Below are positions 10,876-23,123 of a DNA stretch of 64,000 nucleotides, one piece after another (the stretch's first letter is position 1; each line of letters opens with the position of its first letter). The notes under the pieces are model-generated. The model saw only the letters and a list, made by a program, of their open reading frames with translations, was not told the origin of the DNA and ran no database searches. The DNA is from an uncultured Acidobacteriaceae bacterium. Lineage in GTDB: Bacteria > Acidobacteriota > Terriglobia > Terriglobales > Acidobacteriaceae. Both the position numbers and the translations under genes were made by a program. The DNA is taken from assembly GCA_963788555.1 (NCBI GenBank), contig CAWBHM010000022.1, forward strand, positions 54,993 to 118,992, read 5' to 3'.

Positions 10876-13800
10876 CTATTGAACGATTAGCTGGAGCGCC
10901 ACAGTTTGGGTGGCGGAGTTCAAATCGGCAGTTATCGTTAAGCTGTAAGTTCCTGCCGGCGTACCATTCGAATTGTTGTTCGATGGCGAATTACTGCCCC
11001 CGCAGGAAGAAAGCAGGAGCAGCGACAAAAGGATGGCACCTAGCGATGGGCTCTTCCAATTGCTCTTCCGCCGGGATGCAGGAAGCAGGACAATACCAAG
11101 GAGAACCAACCCCCAGATCCAAGAGGCGCCGGTAATCGGACGATTGGCATTTGTTGCAGCCAAACTGCGCCCAGTCGTGGTCACCGATACCTGTACGCTC
11201 GATGCCGCGGTCCCGCTCACCGTGGTCGTAGCGGGAACCGAACAAGTTATCCCCGTTGGTGCTCCGGTACAAGTCAACGTGGCGGTGCCGCTCATCCCAG
11301 AGCCTCCGATCGAGAGTGTATAGCTGGCCGTTTGGCCCGCCGCAATGGTTGCGGAATTGCTCCCCCCTGTGGTATTCCCAGGCCGATGCTCGGAGCCGCA
11401 GTTCCTGTGCCTGTCAGATTGACGGTTTGCGGCGAGTTGCCTGCGCTGTCCGAAATCTGGATTGCAGCTATGCGCAGTCCAGTTGCCTGGGGCGAAAAGG
11501 TCACGCTGATCGAGCAATGTGCGCCCGCAGCCAAGCTCGTGCCGCACGTATTCGTTTGCTGGTAGTCGGAACTCTGGGCTCCGGAGATTGTGATGCTGAT
11601 GTTATTCAGGGCCGTGGAGGCCATGTAGCCCAGAGTCGCTGATTGCACCGAACTTGTTTGTCCGACGGTTTCACTTCCGAAAGCTAATGCGCTCGGTGAG
11701 AGCATGGCGGAAGGTACGCTGTTGCCACCAACATTCAGCAGCAGGAAAATGCTGTTCGCTCCCGCGACCGCTAGATCGGGGCCTCCGTTTCCGTCAAAGT
11801 CAGCGACGGCCAAACCACCCGGGGCGTCAAGCACGCCGCCGTGATCGAAAGATTCGCCAAGGAAGAACTGGATCGGGAACTGTGAGCGTGCCGTCGCCAT
11901 TGCCCAAAAGCAGCGAGACATCGTCCCATCCGCCATTGCTCAGAACCACATCCGCTTTGCCGTCAAGATTCAAGTCGGCGACCGCCATCGTGAAAATCTG
12001 ACTTCCAACGACGACCGTAATTGGGTTCTGAAAGCTCCCGTCACCATTTCCCAGGAGCACTCCCACGGAGGCTGGCACCCAGACAAGGTTGACGGAGTCA
12101 TAGGACTCCGAATTTGCCACCACCAGATCCGGTATGCCATCGCCATTCAAATCGCCAGCCGCGATCGCAGTCGGATACAGTCCGACGCTGGTAGTTGGGC
12201 CGAGTGAAAAGGTTCCGTCGCCATTTCCGAGAAGGATCGTGAGTTGGTAGGGCGCGCCAAAGTTTCCGCCCGTCAGAGCGGCTACATCCAGCTTGCTGTC
12301 ATGGTTGAAATCGGCGACCGCCACGGCGTAAATAAAGTTGTTTGCAGCAGAGTTCACCGCGAGGCCGAAGGTCCCATCGCCGATGCCAGGCAGAAAAGAC
12401 ACGTCACTGGAGTTATTGGGACTAACGCCAACCATGTCTAGTTTTCCATCGCCATTGAAGTCGCCTAATGCAATCGGCCCGCTCATGCCCGCGCCATACT
12501 GCACCGCGGAATGAAATGTTCCGTCGCCATTGCCCAATAGAATGGAAACGCCAGTGTCGATGTAAGCGGTGGCTGCAACGGCAACGTCCATCTTCCCGTC
12601 GTGGTTGAAGTCCCCTGCGGCGACATAAGCCGCTACCTGTACCGACCCAAAACTCGCCGTGCTTGGTTGTACCTGTGTAACCGTCGACGGTCCGAACCCT
12701 GCGCCGTCATTAAGGAGGGACCCAAGTTGCACGTTAGTGAAATTAAGGTTATCTCCGAGAGCCAGGACGCCTGCATCTACGTCTGCCTTGCCGTCGTTGT
12801 TGTAATCCGCGGCCGCCAGAGTGCCCAGGAGTGCCCCAGTCCCTATGCTGTAAGAAGGAAGAAGGCGAAACGTGCCGTCCCCATTGCCTTGCACAACGGA
12901 AACGATGTTCGTTTGTGGAGCACCGGATCCAACCACGCTCGATAAAGCTGCCACTAGATCGAGATTCTTGTCGCCGCTCAAATCGGTCAAAACCGCTTCC
13001 GGTGTGCCCGCCAAAGTCAGGGATTGCCCCGCCGTGAATGTGCCGTCGCCATTATTTATGAGATTTTCAATCGGCACACTGCCCCCGATCGATGAAAATA
13101 CAATGGTCGACACGACCAGATCTGGCGCGCCATCACCACTTAGATCCCCCGCGGCCAACGGTAGTACATTTTGGGGCAGCACGTTCTCCTGGAAGTTTCC
13201 GGTTCCATCTCCGACGAATACGGTTAGGTTCGTGCCGGAGCTAGAGGTTGTCGCGGTCGCTATATCCAGATGGCCATCCCCGTTGAAGTCCGCGACCAGT
13301 AATATCGGTGAGACAATTACGAGCGAACTGCCACTCGTGATAGCCGTCTGAAAGGTTCCGTCGCCCTTGCCCAAAAGGACGGAAAGGCCACTATCGCCCG
13401 TGACCAAGTCCAGTTTGCCGTCATTATTCAGATCGGCGACGGCCAAACAGTACGGGGCGCTGTTTACAGCGTAGGTCACCGGCGACTGGAATGTTCCGTC
13501 TCCATTGCCAAGTAATATCGCGACGCCGTAGGTCCCCACTTGCGCCAATGGCTCCGCAATGGCCACGTCAGTTTTGCCGTCGCCACTGAAATCTCCGGCC
13601 ACCATGTACGGCAGGGGGGTACCTGCCAATGCGGTCACAACTTGAGCTTGGAATGTGCCATCACCACTGCCGAGCAAGACCGAGATGGCGTTGTCGGTTT
13701 GGTTGAAGACGACCAGGTCCATCTTCCCATCTTTGTTAAAGTCACCGGCTTGCAGCGATACGGGTCCATTTCCAACAGGGTAGTTGACAGCGGGCTGGAA

Positions 13801-14088
13801 AGTCGCGTCGCTGTTTTGCAAGAGGACAGAAAGATAATTCGAGGATTGGTTAGCGACGGCAATGTCGGGCCGTCCGTCCCCATTGAAGTCAGCGACCACA
13901 ACAGACTCCGGCAGCGACCCGACCGGGTAATCTCGAGGCCCATTGAAGATGGGACTGTTCTGTGCCGAAACCAAGGAAACCGAAGCTAAGAATATTGCGA
14001 TTTGCAGAACATGAGAAGCCAAACAAGCGGGACAGCCAACTTGATGTCGCACCATCGTGCCTCCTGGGAGCTTCGACGGGGGAGACAA
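10876..14088 (-). pseudogene. very large FG-GAP/VCBS repeat protein with C-terminal Ig-like domains, spread over three reading frames
   Basis: ORF 11827..14088 holds about 14 repeats of the type VADFNGDGKxDxxVxN...LLGNGDGTF. ORF 11292..11936 continues with FDGNGGPDLAVAG and Ig-like ALAFGSETVGQTSS...CSISVTFSPQATG. ORF 10876..11547 continues with a second Ig-like module. Frame changes lie near 11830-11930 and 11300-11540. Confidence 0.8.
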
Positions 14089-14214
14089 AGATCGGACGTT
14101 AATTGCAACCCGCAGAGTAAGGGGAAGTTCTTCTTTCTGAGCAAATAAATCGAATGTCCAGTAGGAACGGCGCTGTCCTGACCCGCAACTCTCGGCAAGC
14201 TAGATCCCTGAACA

Positions 14215-15612
14215 TCAATATGCATTCTTGCTGTTGAAGATGCGGAGCAGGGTCATGGTGATGATTTGCAGGTCGAAGGTGAGGCTCCAATTGCGGAGAT
14301 AGTACAGGTCGTATTCCACGCGCTTCGCGATCGAAGTGTCCCCGCGCCAGCCGTTCACTTGCGCCCAACCGGTGATGCCGACTTTGAACGTATGGCGGAA
14401 GTTATACCGATCGATTTCCTCCAGGAACCTCTCCACAAAATAAGCTCGTTCTGGTCGCGGACCAACGATGCTCATATCCCCCTTCAACACGTTCAGGAAT
14501 TGGGGGAGTTCGTCGAGATTCGTCTTCCGAAGAAAAACGCCTACAGCGGTCCGCCGTGGATCATTGTCGCAGGTCCAGCGAGTATCCCCTTCTTCCCGGC
14601 TTCCCATCCGCATCGTGCGAAACTTCAGCATGCGGAACACCCGGCCGTTAAGCCCTACGCGCTCCTGGCTGAAGAAGACCGGGCCGCGGCTGGAGAGCTT
14701 TGACGGCGCAGCGATCAGGAGGAAAAGCGGCAGAGTGAGCAGCAGAATGACGAGCGACAGAACGAGATCGAAGGCGCGTTTCTGAAATAGATAAGGGCCG
14801 GTCTCCGCTAGCGTGGGCCGCAGATCCAGCATGTGAATCCCGCCAAGGTCGATCAGACGATCACGAATGCCCACTCCGTCTCCGAGATCGATGACAACCC
14901 GGGTGGGCACGCACAACTTCTCCAAGACTGGCGAGATTCTTTGAACGTCGCTCAGGCGGGCAGCAGGGAGCGCAATCACAATGTCATTGATCGAGTGCCC
15001 GTTGGAGAAATTCGGAATCTGGTCCATTTCGTACACTGGGCCTTCGACGGCAATCTCCTGATCGGGCAAACGCACGAAACCCACCACTTTGCAGGGCAGG
15101 ACTTCTCCGTGCAGAAGCGAGGTCGCCACCCGGCGCGCGAACCGATCTGTGCCAACCATCAGAATCTTGACTTCGTTTCTGCCATTCTTCCGCAGGAGTT
15201 CCAGCAAGACCCGGGAGATGATTCGAGCGCGCGGTGGCCAGGACAAAAAGGGCGACGGCACTAATAGCGATGACCAGCCGCGAGTAACTGGCTTGCCGGT
15301 ACAGGAACCCGAGTGCCATCACCATCGCGTACGTGAAGGCGAGCGCTTCCAGCAGTCGTCCTGCTTTTCCCGCCCGGCGCGTACAGTTGCTCCACATTCC
15401 AAAGCCCCGACTCTTCGGCTGCGATCGCCCAGACGATCGTGGTGAGTAAGACGATGCCCCAGTACGAAGGCAATCCCGCCGGTGCGCGTCCGCGAGAAGA
15501 AGAGATTAAAACCAAAGCGCACTTTGACCGCGATGAAATAGGAACAGGCAGGCAGCAGCAACGTCAGAATCTTCAGGTTGAAGCGGACATAACTAAGCCG
15601 GCTGCGAATCAT
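14215..15612 (-). pseudogene. polyprenyl-phosphate hexose-1-phosphate transferase (bacterial sugar transferase, WbaP/WcaJ-like priming enzyme); N-terminal membrane domain in four frames
   Basis: The C-terminal catalytic domain is intact in ORF 14215..15261 (KRAFDLVLS...PVFFSQERVGLNGRVFRMLKFRTM...LDELPQFLNVLKGDMSIVGPRPE...GITGWAQVNG). The N-terminal TM helices are distributed over ORFs 14984..15397, 15261..15515 and 15319..15612. Confidence 0.85.
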
Positions 15613-16105
15613 GCAAATCAGCTTCCTCTAAAGCAGATGACGAAGGGCCCGAAACTCCTGCTTCCTTGACTTATTTTGGACGACGATGCGAAGCCGGTCG
15701 ACCGGTTATCCGCTGGGATGCGACAACCTCGGCACAGTGACGACCCATTCTTCGCAGGAATCGACAGCTGTCGACCGTTACCGCAACCGTCTGCCTGCAC
15801 AAGAAGGACCTTACCAGCGAAGTCCTGGCGCACAAAACTCGGAGGGAAGCAGCACCCATAGTCGCGTGACGTGGCGGAACAGTCTGCCGTCGCCTCTGCG
15901 AGTTCTGTGGCTGATCGTTACACAATGTAGATGGCATGGATTCCCCTTGTCAATAAGAGACCACGCACTCGTGAGGTAAGACAACTCAGAGTGATACGCA
16001 TCATCGTTCCGCAGGCACATCTGGAAGCAACCAACCTCAGTTCGACCGGGACTCAGAATCATACAAATCAGCGCCAGCAAATCAGGACTAGAATTCTAGC
16101 TCGCC

Positions 16106-17017
16106 TCATTCAAAGACCCGAAACCCACTGAGTCGGCGCTTGATTGCTAAGGGCAGGTAACTCTGATTCAGTCCCAGAAAGAGCCCGGCGGACTTTGCGA
16201 TATCCTGCCGAATGCCTTCTCCCGCCAACCGTCCCGCCCCTTTGTCCGGCATGCGTCTGACCTTGTTTTTCACCAGCTTCCAACCGTCTCGGAGCATCGA
16301 TTTTCTGGTTCCTGGAACGTCCCATATTTTCAAGAGCTTCAGTGTGTATCCGATGTCAAAGTAGCGCTTGAAGAGTCCGACCGTCGTATGGCTGTGAGAG
16401 TGAAAGACAGGAGTTTCGGGTTCATACACGATTTTCCAGCCACGATCGAGAATGCCCTTGGCAATGCCGAGATCTTCGAAGACTCTCAGGTCCTCCGGAA
16501 AGCGCACTGCCTCCCACACGCTGCGGCGAATGCGCGGCATTGACATCGGAGAAATGATAAAAACGATAACCCAATCCGTTGCGGTGCGCCGGATCCTTGA
16601 CGATCCTCTGTTCGCCGTAAACGTGTCGAGCGCATCCTCCCGTTCGGGCGACGAGCCCGGCCTCGGCAACTGACGTCCATAGACGGCCCCCACGCTGGGA
16701 TCATCGAAATTGGCGATCATCGCTCGAGCCACCATCCGAAGCCGGAATCGCGTCCGGCGAAAGAAAATAAGGATCTCTCCTTGGCAAGGCTGCGGCGAAG
16801 TTTCTCGTGCGCGCGTGGTGGAAACGTCTTTGCAGGAATCCGCTCGAGGCGTACCTGGAAATTCTTTGCGATTTCCACGGTCTCATCGGTAGATCCGGAA
16901 TCGACGATCATGACCTCGAATGGCTCGACACCCTGCTGACAGTAGACGGCTTTCAGGCACCGAACTATTCCGCGCATTCCGTTCTTTGTTAGAACGAGAA
17001 TCGGATGCTTTCACCAT
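16106..17017 (-). pseudogene. family 2 glycosyltransferase, multiple frame changes
   Basis: The N-terminal PILVLTKNG/GVEPFEVMIVDSGSTDETVEI (DxD-type GT2 fold) lies in ORF 16717..16977. HHARTRNFAAA...FLSPDAIP lies in frame 16701..16886. The C-terminal two thirds lie in ORF 16106..16735 (AVYGRQLP...FEDLGIAKGILDRGWKIVYEPETPVFHSH). Confidence 0.7.
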
Positions 17018-17118
17018 GTCTAGAGTATCGCGAGGTATGTCAACCGCGCTACCTCGCCAGATCCTCTCGAAATTTGTTGCAACAACAACCTTGTCCAAGC
17101 CTTCAGCTTTCGTTCGCG

Positions 17119-18022
17119 TCACGACTGGACTACCGACTCCAACGGCGGCAGGAACTGGCGATCGCACTTTCGATGAGGTATCGCCCGTAGTCCGACCTTC
17201 CAGGAAACAAACGAGTTCAAGCCGATGCCTTTCAGCCGCACGATTCTCCAGCACCGAGTACTGAGGGCGTGGAGCCTTGGCAGGAAATTCTCCCGGCTCT
17301 GCTGCTTCGAGCTTGACTCGAACATCGGCCAACGAGAAGATTTCCTGGGCAAACTCGTACCACGAACAGCTGTTCTCAGACGTTGCATGGTAGAGACCGT
17401 ACGCGTCGCTTCGGCTCAGGCCAACAATCTGGCGCGCCAAGTCAACCGTCGGCGTGGGGCTCACAAATTCGTCATTGACAACCCGAACTCGGTCCCGGGT
17501 TCGCGCCAACTCCAGCATCAAGTCGACAAAGTTTCGCCCACCCTTCGCCCGGCACGGATGCTTGCCGTAGAGGGCGGAGGTACGAAGCACGAAATGTCTC
17601 GGATTGAGGGTGCGCGCATAGTATTCGCCCGCGAGCTTTGAGTTCCCGTACACATTCAGCGGAAGTGGTGCGTCTTCCTCTACGTAGGACGTGTTTTTCT
17701 TTCCGTCGAACACATAGTCGGTGCTGATATGAATCAAGGTTGCCCCAAGATCGTGGGTGACCAGAGCCAGATTTCGCACCCCTATCGCGTTGACGGCATA
17801 GGCATGCTCAGGTTCCCGCTCACAGTTGTCTACATGATGCATCGCCGCAGTGTTCACGACAATTGCCGGGCTGCATTTCTCCAGGCAAGCCCTCACGGAG
17901 TCGAGTTGGCTGATTTCAAGGTCGGCGTGCGTCACCGATGCGACGGTGTCTTGATTCTCGGCAAATGCACTTACGACGTCTCTGCCGAGTTGCCCATTCG
18001 CGCCGATGACCGCAACATTCAT
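17119..18022 (-). CDS. rfbD: dTDP-4-dehydrorhamnose reductase
   Basis: This is an internal Met in ORF 16883..18787: MNVAVIGANGQLGRDV...VVNTAAMHHVDNCEREPEHAYAVNAIGVRNLA...STDYVFDG...YGNSKLAGE...PRPQYSVLEN. The C-terminus probably continues in another frame (ORF 17119..17388), so the 3' end is approximate. Confidence 0.8.
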
Positions 18023-19010
18023 TGTGCACACACCATGGCACGGAACCTCGACTTTCGCGTCCAGGTCCTTGAACGTAAGAATGTTTGAATAGAGCGGATT
18101 ATCCCAGTCTTGGAACTTGCTCATATTTTCGATCAAATTATCGACGATCGACTGTACGCTGCCCGTCGGGTGGAAACTCAGAACATTAGCTGCTTTGTCT
18201 ATGCTCACTTTGTAGTTCCGAAAATCCTGAATGTGTTTGATGGATAGATTGATGCGAACGTCCATCCGCTCCTCAATCCTGCTTCTCACCACATCGGCCA
18301 CTTCGCCGACTGTGTAATTTCCCGAAGCCAGATTGAATACCCCTGAGATCTTGGCGTTCGCTTCAACCGCTCTGATGTAGGCGGTTGCGGCGTCTTCAAT
18401 ACTCAGGATTGGACGCCAAATGGACGGGTTATTGACCGTCACGACGCCGTCTCGCAACGCGGTCTTGAACATCGTGTTGACGATCAGGTCTAGTCGCATC
18501 CTAGGGCTGTATCCCGAGATCGTTCCCTTGCGCAAGCAAATGACAGAGAACTCATCATTCGTCAGCTGCAGAGCCGCCTGCTCTCCTTGCAGCTTCGAGA
18601 TTCCATACGGATAGCTGGAACCGACCGGACGCGTCTCATCGTAGAGTTCGTTCTCGGTGTATCCATAGACTGAACAAGAAGATGCGTAGATGTACCTTTT
18701 CACTTTGGCAATCTTGGCAATGTATCCCAAGTACGCAGGCGCAGCGGCGTTGAGGACAAAATTCTTGCTCGGCGAATATTCCGCCATTGGATCGTTCGAG
18801 AGACCAGCAGAGGAACATCACCTGGTCGTACGGTCTCAAATCTTCGACGGAGAGGTGGAAGATGTCCTTGTTCAGAATCCCAACCTGACTCGGCAAGTGG
18901 TTGCCAAACCAGAACAACTCGACAACATCCACGTCGTACCCACGATCAAGCAATCTCGGAATCAGCACCGATCCCAGGTATCCCGCGCCTCCGGCGACGA
19001 GCAATTTCAT
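18023..19010 (-). pseudogene. NAD-dependent epimerase/dehydratase (SDR family), one frame change near 18790
   Basis: The Rossmann N-terminus MKLLVAGGAGYLGSVLIPRLLDRGYDV lies in ORF 18636..19010. The remainder, including the YGISK catalytic motif, lies at the N-terminus of ORF 16883..18787. No in-frame stop precedes rfbD in this assembly. Confidence 0.75.
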
Positions 19011-19012
19011 TA

Positions 19013-19615
19013 TTAACTCCTAGTCGCAACTTGAAATTCAGGTTCCGCGCGATATCGAAAATTCTCCGATTCCGGCGATGCCAGCCACTCGGCCAGCGTA
19101 CGGGCCTTGCGATCCTTGTCCGAGACGATGGCATCCGTCACCGGCCACTTGATCCCAATAGCCGGATCATCCCAGCGGATTGCAGATTCAGCCTGACTAT
19201 TGTAAAGGCCCGTGCACTTGTACTGAATTTCCGTACCCTCCGACAGGGCGCAGAACCCCCGAGCAAATCCGGCCGGCGCCCACACGCAACGCCGATTCTC
19301 CGCCGAAGCCTCAACGCCAACCCATTGACCGAGGGTCGGAGAACCTTTTCGAATATCGACCGCTACCAGGAACGCCGATCCAACCGTCACCCGCATCAAT
19401 TTGCCCATGGGCGGTTCCCACTGGAAATGCAATCCACGAACGACCCCTTTAGCAGAGCGCGAGTGATTGTCTTGCACAAACTCGGTCGGCAATCCTAAGG
19501 CCTTGAATTGATCAGCGCGGAACGTCTCGGTAAAAAATCCCCGCCCGTCCTGAAAGATCTCGGGCACGATCACAACAACATCACTCAGGCTTCGGGTCTC
19601 AACCCTGATTTGCAT
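19013..19615 (-). CDS. rfbC: dTDP-4-dehydrorhamnose 3,5-epimerase
   Basis: This is the C-terminal 200 aa of ORF 19013..20155, starting at MQIRVETRSLSDVVVI. It has the cupin signature FQDGRGFFTETF...VVRGLHFQ...GKLMRVTVGSAFLVAVDIRKGSPTLGQW...WAPAGFARGF. Confidence 0.9.
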   Translation of the reverse strand: MQIRVETRSLSDVVVIVPEIFQDGRGFFTETFRADQFKALGLPTEFVQDNHSRSAKGVVRGLHFQWEPPMGKLMRVTVGSAFLVAVDIRKGSPTLGQWVGVEASAENRRCVWAPAGFARGFCALSEGTEIQYKCTGLYNSQAESAIRWDDPAIGIKWPVTDAIVSDKDRKARTLAEWLASPESENFRYRAEPEFQVATRS

Positions 19616-19752
19616 GCTTGCAGTCCCTGGAATTCCATAAAACGTGCGCAACCCATCTGTCTTGTTAGAGATACGCCCATTGTACATGTGTCTGACAATG
19701 AACTTGGATCGCCTCGCCTTCAGAGCTTCCAGGTTCGCTGAATCCTGGCCGC

Positions 19753-20751
19753 CTATTGAGCGGGCATTGTCCAGACCGAGCGAAGCTTCTTCCACTTTTT
19801 GAAAAATAGCCCTTTTCGCAGGATCGTCCGTACCTGCGAGTTGGTTATCGTTCTTCTCTTCTGAATCTCCCTCCGTTTCCGCAGGATTGACGGCAAGCGC
19901 TTCAAAACGTCGAGTTTCGCCCGAAAGAACGCAGAAGCCCGTGCCTTTCTTGCTGAAGTAAATGGCTGCCCCAAGTTCGTAGAGCAAACGCTGCGGTGCC
20001 GATCGCAGGATCAGGCCCAGCGGCATGTTCTTCAGGTACACGAACTCGATATTTCGCTGCGAATAAAAGACTTGACGGCGATGGAGCTTTGCCGATCGTG
20101 ACCCGATAACGGTGATACACAATCGCCCCCGGAACATAAACACACTCGTAGCCACGAAGTTGCGCCCGAAAGCTCAAATCCGCATCTTCATAGATCATGA
20201 CGAAATCGGGGTCCAGAAAACCGACGTCGTCCAGCATCCGGCGCCGATACGCCACCGCGCCCCCGCATCCACCGAACACCTTACGAGGCTGCCTCCATTC
20301 CGGCCCGTCAGGTTCGTCCCTTCCCAAATCTAGGGTCGTCCCCGCGACGCCCAAGTCAAACCCACAATTCTCCACCCGGCTCCGTTCGTGGAAGTAGCAT
20401 CATCTTCGAAGCAAAGCTCCCGCATCCGGGTACGTTTGGCTCGCCCTGTGTATCTCCTCGAGCCAATTCGGATGTGCTTCGGTGTCATTGTTTAGCAGTG
20501 CGACGAAGTTTGCCGCTGGCTTGTGCATATCCTGCAATGTTTCCACCTGTGAAACCAAGGTTGTCCGGCAAGGCGAGCAGCGTCACTTCCGGAAACTGCG
20601 TTCGAACGTATTCGACCGAACCGTCCGTCGACCCGTTGTCGACCAGGATCGTCTCGAAATCCCGGAACGTCTGTCGCCTCATGGCGCAAAGACAGTCCTC
20701 CAGAAAATCCTTTCCATTCCAGTTGGGGATGATCACGCTAATCAGTGGCAT
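19753..20751 (-). pseudogene. family 2 glycosyltransferase, decayed paralog of the gene at 23124..24152 (at least 4 frame changes)
   Basis: The pieces are in ORFs 20485..20751 (MPLISVIIPNWNGKDFLEDCL...ILVDNGSTDGS), 19902..20375 (AVAYRRRMLDDVGFLDPDFVMIYEDADLSFRAQLRGYEC), the 5' part of 19013..20155 (FYSQRNIEFVYLKNMP) and 19753..19974 (FFRAKLDVLKRLPSILRKRREIQ). All are collinear with the intact paralog. Confidence 0.75.
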
Positions 20752-21019
20752 TGGATACTTAAGGGACTCCTTGTGTGTTCACCGCGCAGGCAGCCAAAGG
20801 AGAGAGTATCACTGGCTAGGAGAGATGCTCCAAGGCGACAGGTACTGAAATTGCCAATAGCCCGACATCGTCGTCGGAGCAGGCGACTCGTCGCAGATAA
20901 TCCATTGCAGGAAACCAGGATCTCTAGAGGGCGTAGAGCGTCCTGCCAACAAGCGCGACACGCACAGTGACCGACTGTTGCGCCAGGTGAGGGCGACTCA
21001 TCTAGATGTGCAGCGCACA

Positions 21020-22936
21020 TCAACTTTTCGGCAGCAAACCGAAGACGGCCACGCCATTCGGAGTCCCCACGAACACTTTACCGTTCACGATCGTCGGTGT
21101 CATGAACTTGTTACCTGCGCCGAACTGATCGCGGCTGCCGCTTGCCTGGTTGCTGTTGTAAAGCTCATTCAGGGTCAAGGCATCGAAAGGCGTGTAATAC
21201 GGCAGGAGTACTGCTCTTCGACTGCCCACACAATTCCGTTTCCATTGCCATTCGCCGAGATGCTGGGGGTTGCGACCTGGGTATCCAAAGCCTGTGAAGA
21301 TGTGTGGGCTGTGGCGGTCGTTGACAGCTTGGCGTTCGCAATGGCAAAGGCCTCGGATTGGGTTCCCCACCGGCCCGTAATAGACCGTATTGTTGAAGTA
21401 AGCGGGCGCCGCCCAAACTCCCCCCGGCAGACACCCCCGTGAGTTCCTGATAAACGTTGTTCATTGTCGGGGTCATACCTGCCCATGGAGTCGCGGTTGA
21501 CCACGAAAAGGTTGCTATCTTTGCCCGCACCAATCGCCAGATGAACGGTGTTGCCCGGGCCATCGTTGAGATCGGGAAGCAGCAGCACGCCGCCGGAGCC
21601 AAGGTCGGTGTCGGCGGCGTTCTGTTGTACCGCGTCGTGCATTTCGAAGTAGTCGGCGACTGCAGCTGATTGCCCGAGGTTGAGAGCTTCATGAACGCGT
21701 TGCCGTAGTCGCTTATTGACTGGGAAATCCGTTGGCATCCAGCCACCCGTCGAAGAAGCCGTTGCGCCTCAGCAAGATAGATGTTGCCCGAACTGTCGGC
21801 GGCGGGCGCCTGCACCGGACATCCAGATGGCGCCTCCGTTGGTTTGGGGTCAGATTCAGCACGCTCGTTCTCGCACCAGCGTGGATGCGCTGTAACCGAT
21901 GATCCAGCCGGTGTAAGGCCGAACGTCACAGTGCGAGGTCCAGCTTGTGTAGATGACGCCATTCAGCAAGAGCAGCGCGGCCGTTCCATGTACTGCCCTG
22001 GATCGAAGATCACATTTGTACCATCGCTGTTGTCGCCGTCGTCCCCGGATATGTCGCCTGAATATCGACAGGTCCTCCGAACAATTCTGTGCCGAGCGCG
22101 AGATCGAGCGCGTGCAACCGTTGGAAATAGTTGCCCGATGCATCCTTCGACATCGCCACCACATAGACTGCGCCATTTGGACCGCGAGAGCGGTCAATCA
22201 CTGGCGTGGAGGTTACCCCTTTTTCTGGACTCACGAACACGCAATTTCGGTCGTCCGAGGGGTTTCGCCGGATTTCAATAGCGAGACCTTGCCAGATCAC
22301 GGATCCGGAATCTGCGTCGAAGGCGTAGACCGAGGAGTGCTCCGTCGCAACAATTAATAGGTTGTGTGTGCCTTTATTCGAAGCTGGCAACATTCGAGAC
22401 ATGGAGCGGTTGGGCGTCGACGAGGCCATCCACGGGTAGAAACCCAGCTTTCCAAACTGTACCGAATTGACGTTGCTGGTGGTCAAAATGGTTTCCGTGA
22501 GGTTCTGGCCTGTGCGCGCTATGTCGTTGTGCCAAGTCAACACATCGGTTGCGGCATTCACGGTCAGGAGGGCAGCCTCGCTGGTTACTTTCCCCCCGGA
22601 ATTGCTGACAACAACGCTAAATTGCGATCCGTTGTCCTGCATCGTAGCCGCAGGAGTCGTGTAGCCGGTCGAAGTCGCGCCAGGGATAAGAGTGGAGCCC
22701 CTTTGCCACTGGTAGCTCAGGGAAGCAGAAGCCAGTGCTGTCACGGAAAAAGTAGCGGTCTGGCCGGCCAAAACTGTCTGCGCGACGGGCTGGGTCACGA
22801 TCTTCGGAGGAGCGGTGGTACCACATCCGCTCAAGCAGACTAGAATTGGGATAACTGCGAGTAAATACGTTCGTCGTAGCAAGTTGCGTGTCCCCCTAGG
22901 GAAACGGCAGTATACCAGTCGTTTTCTGGTTTGCAA
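21020..22936 (-). pseudogene. lipoprotein with N-terminal Ig-like domain and PQQ-like beta-propeller, at least 5 frame changes
   Basis: ORF 22010..22936 has a lipobox (LVCLSGC), an Ig-like ITQPVAQTVLAGQTATFSV...YQWQRG module and propeller blades (LIVATEHSSVYAFDADSGSVIW). Collinear continuation is seen in ORFs 21856..22197, 21165..21962, 21175..21738 and 21020..21370 (TPTIVNGKVFVGTPNGVAVFGL). Confidence 0.6.
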
Positions 22937-23123
22937 GGAAACTCTCTGGGGATGAAGAGTGCAAATTCATTCACCTTATACTCGTCAGCGGAATCAGAGT
23001 GAGAGCAGCTAGGCCAGCAGGGGTCATGCGTGAACGGTTGAAGGCACTTTCTCACGGCCAGGTTGGTGGGTTCGTTTTGACTCAGGAGTGCGATCAGCAA
23101 AGCGACTGCGAACTCACTCGGAG

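Noticed and set aside
16883-18787. A 634-aa ORF that looks like an epimerase-RmlD-GT2 triple fusion.
   Set aside because: The RmlD part starts with its own Met plus the Rossmann motif (MNVAVIGANGQLG). The upstream part is the C-terminal two thirds of a separate epimerase. The tail is the out-of-frame 5' end of the next GT2 gene. In a region full of frame breaks, the missing stops are best explained by indels rather than a real fusion.
19013-20155. A 380-aa ORF suggesting a GT2-RmlC fusion.
   Set aside because: The N-terminal 180 aa are one fragment of the shattered GT2 paralog read through into rfbC. RmlC has its own Met (19615) and is full length from there.
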